Assembly: GCA_035084275.1 (NCBI GenBank)
Contig: CM068761.1
Coordinates: 3,534,001 to 3,598,000 of the forward strand
Length of the DNA stretch: 64,000 nucleotides
DNA from: Hydrolagus colliei
Lineage: Eukaryota
Direction of reading: 5' to 3'
The translations under genes were made by a program, and so were the position numbers. The notes under the pieces are model-generated. The model had not been told where the DNA came from. It saw only the letters and a list, made by a program, of their open reading frames with translations, and did no database searches. Of the stretch, positions 11,171 through 23,200 are shown one piece after another. Within the stretch, counting starts at the first letter, position 1. Every line of letters begins with the position of its first letter.

Positions 11171-12202
11171 TCACGCACTGAAGGATTGGGTGGTGTGGCT
11201 GTCAACTGGCTTCCGTTTGATCGGCTTGTCCTGAAGCATTCTATCATGGGAAGGAGCCTCGGTGTCAGTGGGAGTCTCCGAGCGGCAGGTGTTGAGCGCC
11301 TTCCTGAAGGCCATCTGAAACACTGGGCTGGAGAAGTAGTAAACGATGGGATCCAGTACGATGTTGAAGTAGGTGATGAAGAGAGTGTTGTAAAACACTT
11401 GGACTGAAATCTCATAGAGTTTGCAGTTGCTTTTCCAGTTCATCCTGTGCACACTCACCGACATCAGCGCCAGGCTGGTCGGCAAGAAACACAAGACAAA
11501 GACTGTCGACAGCGCAGCAAGGAGCTTGATGGTCTTCCTGTACTTGTGTCTGAGCTCGGGAGTCATCTGCCTGAGCTTGAAAACGATGCCGAGGGTGGAA
11601 AAGAGGAGGACACAGACAGGCAGGGTGAATTTGAAGAAGATGAAGACCACATCGTGCCAGATGACGGACGGCGTGACCTGTGGATTGATCATCTTGAAGT
11701 TTTCACAGAAGGTCCTGTTTTGGTGTTTGAACAAGTGATTTTCCATCAGAAGGTAGGCAGTAATCGCCACGCTCCCCGCCCAAAGTCCACAAGACACCTT
11801 CACAGCACACAGCCCCGAGATCCTGCTGACCCTGTGGTAAGGGTGCACGACTTTGAAGTAGCGGTTCGTCGCCATCACCATCAGGAAGGCAACACTCGCA
11901 GCTCGGTTCAGGGAAAACAGGAACACGTTAATGCGGCACGCCAGGTCACCAAACACCCAGTCTTTCCCACGCACATAGTAGTCTGCCCGGAACGGCAAGC
12001 AGAACACAGCGAGTAACAGGTCTGCGATGGCCAGGTTCAGGGAGTAGATGATGTTGGGTTTCCATGACTTGATGTAAAAGCAGAAGATCCACACAGCCAG
12101 CAAGTTGGCCACGAAGCCCAGGCTGGAGGTGATGATGAGCGCCGGCACGTTATAAACTGACGGGATGTCCTTCATTGTACAGTTGAAGGCTACGTTATTC
12201 AT
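11171..12202 (-). CDS. HCAR1: Hydroxycarboxylic acid receptor (HCAR1/HCAR2-like) class A GPCR, single coding exon, 343 aa
   Basis: Seven hydrophobic segments. Family motifs IFCFYIKSWKP, NLAIADLLL, CLPFRADYY, WVFGD.AC, NRAAS (TM3 Arg), NRYFKVVHP, ECL2 CENF, CFLP and LDPIVYYFSSP. Start at gcagccATG (12202) rather than the TTG used by the ORF track. It lies between KNTC1 and DENR, as the mammalian HCAR cluster does. Paralog assignment (HCAR1 vs HCAR2) is uncertain. Confidence 0.85.
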   Translation of the reverse strand: MNNVAFNCTMKDIPSVYNVPALIITSSLGFVANLLAVWIFCFYIKSWKPNIIYSLNLAIADLLLAVFCLPFRADYYVRGKDWVFGDLACRINVFLFSLNRAASVAFLMVMATNRYFKVVHPYHRVSRISGLCAVKVSCGLWAGSVAITAYLLMENHLFKHQNRTFCENFKMINPQVTPSVIWHDVVFIFFKFTLPVCVLLFSTLGIVFKLRQMTPELRHKYRKTIKLLAALSTVFVLCFLPTSLALMSVSVHRMNWKSNCKLYEISVQVFYNTLFITYFNIVLDPIVYYFSSPVFQMAFRKALNTCRSETPTDTEAPSHDRMLQDKPIKRKPVDSHTTQSFSA

Positions 12203-14705
12203 GGCTGCACTGTACAAACTTACTTACACAGCTCACTGCACCTCCGATGACTGAACATATGCAGTTGTACAGCTCAGGTCTTGCAACATAGATCATGGAT
12301 CCACAATAAAGCTGGGATTGTACCTGAGCAGTACAGAAATGGTCAAGAGTTCTGTCACTGCTATAAAACTACGGCTACAAAGAGTTAGCAGAAGCATATC
12401 TGCATATGAGTCTCTGTGATCTATGGCACAAGACTTGAGCTGTATAACGCAAACAATTATGCAGTTAGCTGCCAACAAACGGACTGCCAATAGTAACCTG
12501 AAAAACTGCATTGGAAAATCTGCAGGTATCCAATGCTTGAGGAAGTGTTTTGATGTGTGAAGCCTGCAACTCACAACACAACATAAATGATCCTGTGCCT
12601 TCCAAACAAGCAGAGGCGCAATTAAAATTCTAACCCATGCTTAAAACACCAGTAATAATAACAATCCTCACATCCGATACAGCACCTATAATGTCTTGAA
12701 GAGCTTCACAGTCAAATGCTGTCAAGTGTAGTGACTGTGTACGTACAGAGAGAAGGGCGGGGGGGAAATGGACAGAGAAAGACGGGGTGGGGTTGAGGGT
12801 GTAGAGCGATGTGCCACAAACTACCACAAAGAGAATGCTCATTTATCTGGGGGGGGGGGGCGGCAGCAGGTGGGATTGTTGACCAGGAGACTGGTTGAAA
12901 CCCCCTTCTCGTTTCACAAGTGTCACAGTATCTTCTAACTTCTTCGTTTTCTACGCGTTTTCAGAATTGAATGCTGAAAGGCAGCTGTTCGGGGCTAATC
13001 ACTATAACTTGTGACCTATTTGCTTTGTGATTAGGAAATCATATAAAGACTGAGCAAAAAGATGTCTATCTCTCTTTCAGGTTTTTGTCCTTGAAACCCC
13101 ACATATGCACCATGACTCATTTTGCCTTCCTCCACCTCAGCAACATCATCCGGCCCCACAACTGTCTCTCCTCTCGGGACACGAGACCCTGATTCACACA
13201 TTGATCATATCTAGACTCCCAATTATACTATCTCCCTGCTTGTCAGACTTCCCAACTCTTCCCTCCGCAAGATGCAGGTTATTTAAAAATGGCCGCTTTG
13301 TAACTTACACGATTCCTTTTGGATTTTTTTTATTGGCAAGAACTTTTTTTCTTCAAAAAATTGTTTTTGAAAAAAGGGCGAGATAATATCACCACTCCCC
13401 CTCAACAAAACTCCCTCAGCATTAATCTACCCAATGTCAAGTAACTGAAGTCAATGGTTTTTTTTTCCAGCCAATTGTTTTGAAATTATAAGCTACTGGA
13501 GTAAATAACGACTATTTAGCTGCTTTATATGACTCTACCCTCACTCTTTGCCCCTGTTTTGAGATGCCACCTCTGACTTGACACTTGCCAACCTGCACCT
13601 AATGCTTTCCATTCTAACAATCTATGGTCTGGGATTTCCACATGTAGGTGGGATGCATGGAATTCTCAAGTTTGGTTTAAATACTCTCAAGGTGATGGGT
13701 TTCCACATGTGTCAGACACCTTAGCTGACCCCCAAAAAGGATTTAATTCGCCAGCAGGAAACCTCACCTCATTAGGAATCAACCTTGTGTGGACCAGTAC
13801 TTTAACCTGGTTACAAATGGCAGAAAGCCTTAGTGTTACAACAACTTCGATTTATATAGCGCCCTCCACGCCGGATGCGTCTCAGAGCACTCAGTGTTTG
13901 GCAGCGAGCTACAGTGGTCCCCGTGAGAGGGTGAGAGCTTGACTAAAGCATGCTGACAAGATGTTGTAAAAATGCCGGTTCTTTGTTAGAGTCTGCGCTT
14001 TTATAAAACAAGCAAATAACTGTTTATACTCCATTGTTCTTCTCATTTCTTTATGTAAATAGTTGCAAATCCATGCCCGCATTTTATTGTGTTTTAGGGT
14101 TTTTATTTCCAAGAAGGTAAATTGTTGAGTACACGTTTAGCAACACATTTGAATTAAATATACGAAAGCTGTACACATGGAATCATTCAGGTTGCCTGTG
14201 CGTCTTGTCATATACAACACACTGGCGACACTACAAGAACATTATAAGCAGGATGTGGGTTCATCAGCTAATATCAGTTGTGTTGTCCCATTGGTAAATG
14301 CAGAAGACTGAGTCAATACAAACCAGAGTTGGAATGTATCTTTCAGACCGCAACGCAGGCAAAGATCACCCACATCAAAATTCTTCTCACTCTCAATCTG
14401 CCCAGGTATTATCATCATCCTCCTCCCTTCCCATCCATGACTAAAGCGAGATTGCGTCAATGCGTCAATGCTTAAATACGCATTGACGCAAAAACACCCA
14501 CGAACGAACAGATAAATTACTCCTGCAGGAAGTGATGCCAACTTTCCTAGTTGGTGGGCAGAGGAACATTCTTGCGGTGACGCAGACTCTGAGGGTCCTA
14601 TGTCCTCTCACGGAGACACTGCTGCAAGGACACAAAGTGCAAGGCATTGAAAGTTCCGCCATAGGTTTACAGCGTCGTTGAGGAGGGTCTTGAGCTTCCC
14701 TCTAT

Positions 14706-14804
14706 TTAAATAGACATTTGTTTTTCTGCCCCATTTCTAATCTTCTTCACAATTGAAGACTTTTTGTCTTTCCGACCACGGCTACGGGCACTTAGGCTTT
14801 CTCC
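14706..14804 (-). CDS. Candidate terminal coding exon of KNTC1 (GESLSARSRGRKDKKSSIVKKIRNGAEKQMSI*)
   Basis: Acceptor tttgacag|GGA is phase 0, matching the preceding donor at 15388. Open for 32 codons to TAA, with a minus-strand AATAAA downstream near 14083-14088. No homology to the human C-terminus. Confidence 0.35.
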   Translation of the reverse strand, partial: GESLSARSRGRKDKKSSIVKKIRNGAEKQMSI

Positions 14805-15009
14805 CTGTCAAACCACACTGTTGTGAAGCGCTCCGAGATGCTGCCCCGGGCGAAGGATGCTGTGCGATTGTGTTTTTTTGTGCAAATTGTGTTTTTTTTT
14901 GCCAGTTCCATCCTTCTTCTCCCAGTTGGTTGATTTCGGGAGAGGAGGTAGTTGGGCAAAGACAAGAGAGTTGCTGAAATCAGGTACTTCAGCCCTTAGA
15001 TGTACAAAT

Positions 15010-15240
15010 AGTAATAATAATCCTTGCATTTGATACAGCGCTATTCAAGTCTTCTAGACGTCTCAAAGCACTTCACAGAATATACTGTAAAATAAATTGA
15101 CTGTATATATTTGTGTGTAAAACGGGTTCGCCAATTGCGCACAGCAGTGGCCTACTAAGTTGTGGATTGAATTGACTAATTTATCATTGGTTTTTTTCTT
15201 GAGGGAAGCAAATTGACTGTATATTTATGGGCGAAATGTC
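15010..15240 (-). mobile_element. SINE, 3' half
   Basis: AATAATAATCCTTGCATTTGATA...GCCAATTGCGCACAGCAGTG is the reverse complement of the family tail and core. Confidence 0.8.
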
Positions 15241-15387
15241 CATAAATCAGTTATTGGTAATTAAAACAGATAGAACCACAAGTGCTTTTGTGGTCTATGA
15301 ATGATTACCATCTTGACTTTGCATTCTTTGGTGTGAATATTGTAAAAATCATAAGAGACTTTCTTTGGTTCCCCGAACTCGGATTAC

Positions 15388-17205
15388 CTGTATAATATCC
15401 TCCGGGGAGAGATTCAATTGCACGCTCTTTCCTTCCTGCTTCAGACACTCGATGGCAAGAGGCACAACATTGTTCAGGCTGCAGAAGTCATAGGACATTT
15501 AGTGTGTTTGAGGGGGAGTAATCAATTTTATTAATTCAAACGCACTTTTCCATTCCCAGTAACCTGTTCCGGTTAATACATTGCCCTTTACGTAAAGAAC
15601 TACTCATTTACACCTGACCTAACCATGCCCATCACCTCCCCACTCCCACGTTCCCTCCCCCCACCCCAAATAGTTGGATTTATCTGAATAATTAAGAAGG
15701 GAAGTCACTGAAATGCTAATTTGTAGCTCGGTTAACATTCACTCACCTGTTGCTGCTCACGAGGAAAGCCACCAGCTCCGGACCTCGCTTCCTCTCCATC
15801 ATGTGCTGCTTCAGCAGAGCAAAGTATTCAGTCTCCACCAGCTTGGCGAACTGCCTCTCCTCCACCACCCGATCCAGCACTAACTCTGTAATCTTCCGGG
15901 GTTAGAAACACATACAGCAACCTGTCAATGCCGGCTCACCAACACTCCTGCACCATCCCATTTTCCTGCCCATCCCCAACCCAAACATTGCCAAACTGTA
16001 AACATCCCGATTTGGACAACAACAGCATCTTGCATTTATGTCTAATTAGCACCTCTTACGCAGGGCCCTTGACAGCAGCCGAGCCTGACGCTAAGACGGG
16101 TTGGGGGGTGAGGTGACTGTGAAGCATCGTCAAACAGGATTGTCTTCAGGCAGGACCTAAAGATGGAGAAGGCAGTGGCAAGGCAGAGAGACCATGGGGG
16201 AATTCCAGAGTTTCCAGACCGTAGATAACAACAAACTATATTTATACATTCCTTTTCACGTTGGGAAGACGTCCCTAGGCCCTGGACAATCAGAGATTTT
16301 AACCAGAGCTGGCTGTTGGGATAGGAGGGTGCCTGAAGGCACAGTCAAAGAGAAAGGTCTTGAGGCTGGCCTCGAAGGAGGCGAGGTGGGACTGTGGGAC
16401 TGAAGCGACTGTAGCAATCCATCGCCAAGACAAGGGCCTTGTCTCATCGGTCACCGTCTTGCCTCCAGGGGAAAAAAAGGGAGTTTCTCCCATTGCCCCG
16501 GTCAGTAAATGAATATCAATTGCTATCTACAGTATATTAAAAAAAACTTGCATTTGATAGGTATCTCAAAGCGCTTCACAGAATATACAGTAAACTATAT
16601 TTTGTGGGCAAAAAACAACAGCCAAATGCAAACAGCAGTGCCCCACAAACAGTCACGGATTGAGTGACTAAATTATTACCTTTTTTTTCTTGAGGGATTA
16701 TAATCAGGCATTTGGAATAAGGAAACTTGCCTAAGGTTTCACCCTGCTGGGAATCGAACTTACGAGGCGAGGTTTCTAACCACTGAGCTACAGGACTCCT
16801 ACAGGTCTCTATTGCTTTGAGGCACTGCTGGTGCTATATCAAGTGCGAGGGATGGTTACAATGATAACTCTCTGTGTCAGAGTTGGCTCTTTACCTTCGA
16901 GGTGAATCCGGCGACCTCGCCAGTGCTCATGTGGTCCACAACCTGCTGCAAAACCCTCACGGGATTAACCGATTTAAGAAACCTCTGTGGAGAGCAAACA
17001 CAATTACCTCACTGGGCGGCCCTGCACACAGCACAACATTTCCTCAAAGGGACATACATATATATCTATAGATATATACACATACACACACAAAAATACA
17101 CACAGGCTTGACTTGAAAATTGCCTCTCGACTGCTCAGTCCCTCTCTCTCTTCTTGATGTCCTCCAATGCGTTAAGACACCACTGCTGTTGCTCTGTGTA
17201 TGTAT

Positions 17206-17249
<44 letters not shown>

Positions 17250-20200
17250 ATACGGAAACTTGCCTAAGTTTTTGCCCCGCCTGGGTATCAAACCCGGGTT
17301 TTCTCGCTTGTGAGGTGAGTTTTCCAACCAATACAGGACTCCACTCATTTTAATGGATCCCAAAACATATATACATACATCTAAATAAACCTAGTTATAT
17401 ACACTTATAATATAGTGGTTTAATGGGTGCGTGTAGCTAGCTGGGAGTGCGGGGTTTACACACCTGTATTTGCTGCTCCTTTTTCTCTGAATGAGGGATG
17501 AGCAGGAGGCAGCCCAGAGCGAATGCAGACAGCTCCAGCTGTGCAAACTGCTTAGCGATGCCAAACAGGTCGACATCGAGCAGAACCGGGCACCTACCAG
17601 TGGAGAGAGGGAGGCAGAGAGAGAAAGAGGAGAGAGATGGGAGGGGAGAGGGAGGGGGTGGTGGGGGGGGAACAAAATTAACAAGGAATAAACAAACTCA
17701 ATCAGGCATATGGAAAAAAATAACCCACCTAGAGATCCATTGACCAATTTATAATGACAATACCCCTTGCATTCGATATAGCGCTTTCCACATCTTCTGG
17801 ATGTCTCAAGCGCGTCACGGAATACACTGCAAAGTAAATTGACTATATATTTGTGTGAATCGGGGCAGCCAATTGTGCACAGCAGTGTCTCACAAATAGT
17901 CATGGATTGAATTGACCAATTTTTTTTATTTATTGAGGGATTATTAGGAGTATGGAGTAAAGAAACTTGCCCATGGTTTTGGCCTGCTGTGGAATCGATC
18001 CCAGGTCTCTCGCTTGTAAGGTAAGTGCTCTAACTATTGAGCTGAGCTATTATCTCGCTAGTACTTAAAATAAACTCCATTAATGTGTGGATGGAAATTA
18101 TGAAAAGTAACCAGGAGGAGTACATTAGATCTAATCTCTTTAAATTCTGCAGTTGCTGCAAAAAGGAAAAAGCCGAAAGAAGGCCAATGACGCAGGGAAG
18201 GTTAAACTCCACGGAAAAAAATTCAGATTTCATCATATGCACCTACTTGATTAAGAGGACAAAGGACTGGTAACAGGCCTCCAGCTGCCTGGGACTCGGC
18301 GGACTCGAGGCTAGGCAAACAACAAGACAAGACAACATCAAGACAAACCGGTCAGGGCACGCCGCCTTCTGCTGACACTTTGTAAAATGGTAAAGAAGAG
18401 AAGTGAGGATTAATGTACCTGTGAGGAAAGGAGCGAGGATCACACTGCGCCACGCTCGCGTAAAGTTTGGGATCTGCAGGGATGATAACAATAGTCCTTT
18501 GAGAAGTCTCAAAGCAGTACACAGAATATACTGTAAAGTGAGTTTATTGTACATTTTGTGGGCCAAAAGCAGCAGCCAAATGCGCACAGCTTTGCCCCAC
18601 AAACATTGAGTGACCATATGATTTTAATTTATTTATTGAAGGGATTATTACCCCTGGTAAAGCGATCGCCAATCGACTGACAACCGGGTTCCTACTTAGG
18701 GCCTACTGCTGGGTAGACCGAGGAGTGTGGAATAAGGAAATTTGCCTTACGTTTTGTCACACTCGGGAATCAAACCCGGGTCCTCTCGCTTGGAAGTGAA
18801 GTGCAAATTATAATTTTGCGATTGTGAAACATTTGTTTGACAGGGTTGCCCACAGACTAAAATGGGTCAAACTAATCAGATGTCGGGGAACCTGCTTGGT
18901 TTTTCTGGCTGCACTATCACCTCTGGAATCAGAGAACTGTGAGTTGCAGCTATCTCCGTTGGGACTTGACCTCACAGACCGGTGCAGTGCAGGGAGGTGT
19001 GACGGAGATAAGGATGCGTTTGTGTCAGAATAGGAAACTAAACAGATATTTTTGTCTTTAACCGAATGATAAGAATGGTAGGCGTTACGTTTGCAGAGAC
19101 ATTTCTAGAACTCATTTGCACCATGAAATTTGTCAGCCCTTCACACAAGATATATCGCCATGTGCCATCACTGGGGACATCTCTTAAATATTACAGTCAC
19201 AAACAGTGATCAGCAGCACACGAAGTAAGAGTGTCTACAAAGCAGAGCGTTGCCATACCTGCCACAGAGCGTGCACTGCAGTGATCGCCAACAGGACCTT
19301 CCTCAGGTAGTTATTCTGCAAGACACAGAACAACAAACACACCAATAACAGCACCAGACAGAGCAATATTCACTTTGATACATAGGTAAGCTAAATTGGG
19401 AGGTGAAAAACAGCCAGGGCTAACTGCCCCTTGTCCCTCTTTGCCACCCTCTACTGGTAGCATTTGGCAGCCGGGTGAGGAGAGGTCAGGTTCGGCTGTG
19501 ACGCTCTCTATAGTGGACTAGGTCTACCTCCACACAGACAAAAATAAAACCTGCCCTTGCACACAGAGTTCAGCATGCAGATTGTGTAAAGCTGCTGTAC
19601 TCACCATGTTAAAGCCAAGAAGCTTCTGCAGGATGCCATTCCACAGTAGCTGATCAAACACTCCGTATTCCAAGCTCAGCTCAGTCACCAGTCGGACAGC
19701 CTGAGGACAAAATATAAAACAATCACTCCCTTTGCTCAGTTTGGAATAGTTTTACTAATGGGATACAGTGTATCTTACCCTCTTTTCCCCCTTTCTCCTC
19801 TAATCCTACTTCCATGACTGTTTGTGGGACTCTGCTGTGCGCAATTTGGCTGCCACGTTTCGCCCACAAATACTGTATAGTCAATTCTCCTACTCTCCTT
19901 CGTCCTGCCCCAACCCCTCCCTCCCTGCTCTTGTCCCTACCTGATTGTACAGCACCTTGGGACGTCCTCTCGAGGTGAAAGGTGCTGTATAAATGTAAGT
20001 TTTGATTGATTGATTGAGTGCAAATGTACAGGGCAATCACAAAGTCTCTGTGCTTCAAAACTCTGGAACTCCCAATCCCTCCACCTCACCCCATCCTTTT
20101 CCATTTTTAGGTCTCGCCTAAAGAACTTTTCCTACGGTCATCTTCCCCCTCCCACTGGCTTGGCCTCGGGCTCTGCTATTGTGAAGCTCTCTGAGACACT

Positions 20201-23200
20201 CACATGGAGGGCGCTACCTAAGTCCTTATAAGTATAAGTTGTTGTTGTAGCTTTGTTTTGTAATGACAACAACTTGCATTTATATAGCACCCCTCATGCA
20301 AGGCAGTGCCTCAGAGTGCTTAATAGGGGAGCAGTAAGAGGACTTCATGGACACCCTGTAGAATGAACTATTCCTGCTGACCCTGGGTTCATGGTTGTGG
20401 TTCTTCCACAAGCCTTTAATCATCCCCTCTTTGGTGCTGTTGTGGAATGACTCCATGGTGTATGGAATGCTCAGCATCTCAAACTCCGCCAGGTAAATGC
20501 AACACTTCAGATACGACCTGGAGGAGAAAGGTCTGTTGTTAACACTCACTCAAGTAAAGCCCTGCGCTCAGATACGTGGACACTTCAATGTGACATTTAA
20601 GAATCAATTTCCTTGAAGATTATCCTTATTCACAATCAGTCTGAAAAAAAATCACTGAGGACTAACCGGCCAAATATCAAATAATCCGACATAACTCTCT
20701 CAATATTACATTAATAATAATATATACAATATTAAATTAATAATCCTTGCGTTTTATATAGAACCTGATTATATCATTGAGTCATCTCAAAGTGCTTCAT
20801 GGAATATATTCAGTGGACTGCAATCAGACACGAGGGCAGTTTAGTGAACTATTTAGATTTTAGATTCTAAAGTGGGAGAAATGCAGCATCCAATTACATA
20901 GAATAATATAGAATATACAGCATCAAAACTGGTCTACATTGGTACTCCACATAAGCCTCCTCCTGCCCTTCCTCAACTAAGCCTATAATAATTATAATAA
21001 AATAATAATCCTTGCATTTGATATAGCGTTTTTCACGTTTTCTGTGCATCTCAAAGCGCTTCACAGAATATATTGTAAAGTGAATTGATTGTATATTTGT
21101 GGCAAAACGCGGTAGCCAATTGCGACCAGGAATATCCTACATACAGTCATGGATTGAAGTGACCAATTTAGAATTGTTTTGTTTTTCTTGACGGATTATT
21201 GGCAGGCTTGTGGAGTAAGAAAACTTGCCCAAGCTTTCTTCGATTCCTTTCTTCTTCATATACTTATCTAGCTTCCTCTTAAATACATCGAATATATTTG
21301 CCTCAACTACTCCTCGTGGCACCAAATTCCACATTCCCAGTACTCTCTATTCGGTAAACAGAGGCATGAGGAGTAAGGAAACTTGTCTGAGAAATCACTC
21401 CTCCCATTAATTCAAACTCTTGTTTGCAAGGCAAGAGCACCAACGACTAGAATTTAATGTACAATCTGCCTTCACCATCTCTCTCTCTCTCCATCATTCT
21501 TTCCATACACTCGCTACTCTCCAATGTAAAGGAATGAACGCTCTCTTCTTGCGCCCCCATCCCGCCTACTTGCCACGCAATCATATTAAGTGCAAATTTT
21601 AAAGACAACGTACGTACTTGACATTCTCCATGGACTGCTGGCTGATAGCTGTTATCATCTTGCTATCTGCGATGTGAAGCAGGCACTGCAAAGCTCGGCT
21701 CCGGTGTGCAAAGGTCAGCTGCGTGTTAACAAAAGGCTAGAAAAGCCAAAGAAATAAGCATGTGTGATCAAGTCAGATCGCTAATCGCTTTGACAAAGTT
21801 AGCACTTTTACAAAGCAATCACTTTGTAAAAGCAAGCACTTCCGGCTTGATCAAAAGTTTAAAACGAGGGCCGGCAAATAACTGAGGTAGATAAGATATT
21901 TATTCGGTCAGTGTCAAGGGATATGGAGCCTCCTCCTGTTGCTACGTAGCAAGCGCATGTAGACATTGGCACTTCAATGATCTCCAAGTGGTCAAAAAAC
22001 AACTTGCATTTATTTAGTGTCCTTCACAAGGGGATAATGTCCTGGAGTGCTCAGTTAGAGACAGAGGTTACAACAACAACTTGGATTTATATAGCGCCCC
22101 CCCACACCCACCCCTCCAGGCCAAACGGCGTCTAGGAGCCCTAGGTTAGGGACAGATTGGTGCTAGCCCACCAATCATAACCCGATGTTAGAAGCTGATT
22201 ACTTACAGAGGTTGAAGCAGTTGCAACAGTCGAGAGTAGTTTGGTGCTGTAGTCATTGGGGTATGGCTGAAGGAGGTAAATAACTCTGCAAGAAAGTAAA
22301 GGAAGAAAGGCTTTCGGTGGCTGAGATCACATTTTAAGAAATGCGCCTTTTTAAAAATAATCCCCTGAACTCAAAAGTGATTCGAGCCCAGAGAAGCGCG
22401 ATGTAACACAGCCACACTGTATATTACCATAAACAAACCCTCAAAAAAACCTCACCTCATCAGAGTTGCATCTTCCTGCATATCGCTAAGAAACTCCAGT
22501 GGCGTCTCAGCCTAAACATAGGGGAGGAAATACACCATTAACCTTGAGAGAAAGAGAGAGAGAGCTATTTTTTAGCCTCCCTAAGTAATCAAGGGGAATT
22601 TTCCCCGTCAATTGCGGATTACATTGTTTATGATTTGTTGGGGATCAGCCAGGTGTCTGACACACACGGAAACCCATCACCGTGCTTAACAACATCTAAA
22701 CCAAGTTAAGAATTCCATACATCCCTCCTACACATGGAGTTCCCAGAGATAATGTTGGGAGTATTCGGCTCTGACATGCGTTAATAAAAATCCTTGCATT
22801 TCATATCGCACTTTTCACATCTTATCAACGTCTGAAAGTGCTTCACAGAATATACTGTAAAGTGAATTGACTATATTTGTGGGCGAAATGTGGCAGCCAA
22901 TGGCACACAGCAGCGTCCTCACAAACAGTCGTGGATTGCAATGTTCTTTAATAAGGAATCCCGAGCTTTACAAGGGGGGGAATCCTTGCGGAGATGGGAA
23001 GTAAATCACATCTAAGTGATTGGCTTTCACATCACCCAAGCGGAGTTCCCGCAGGTGTGTGGATGGATGTGCATTTTAACCTTTTTGTTGAAGCCTCTAT
23101 GCCAGCGTTGCCCATGTGCCCTGCTTGTTCAATACTCACTGGAGCCGGCTGGCTGGGAGGGCATAGCCACTCCTCCAGTAACGCGCTCCGGATTTTATTG

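Noticed and set aside
11421-12016. Plus-strand ORFs of 105 and 189 aa
   Set aside because: Antisense shadows of the GPCR coding sequence.
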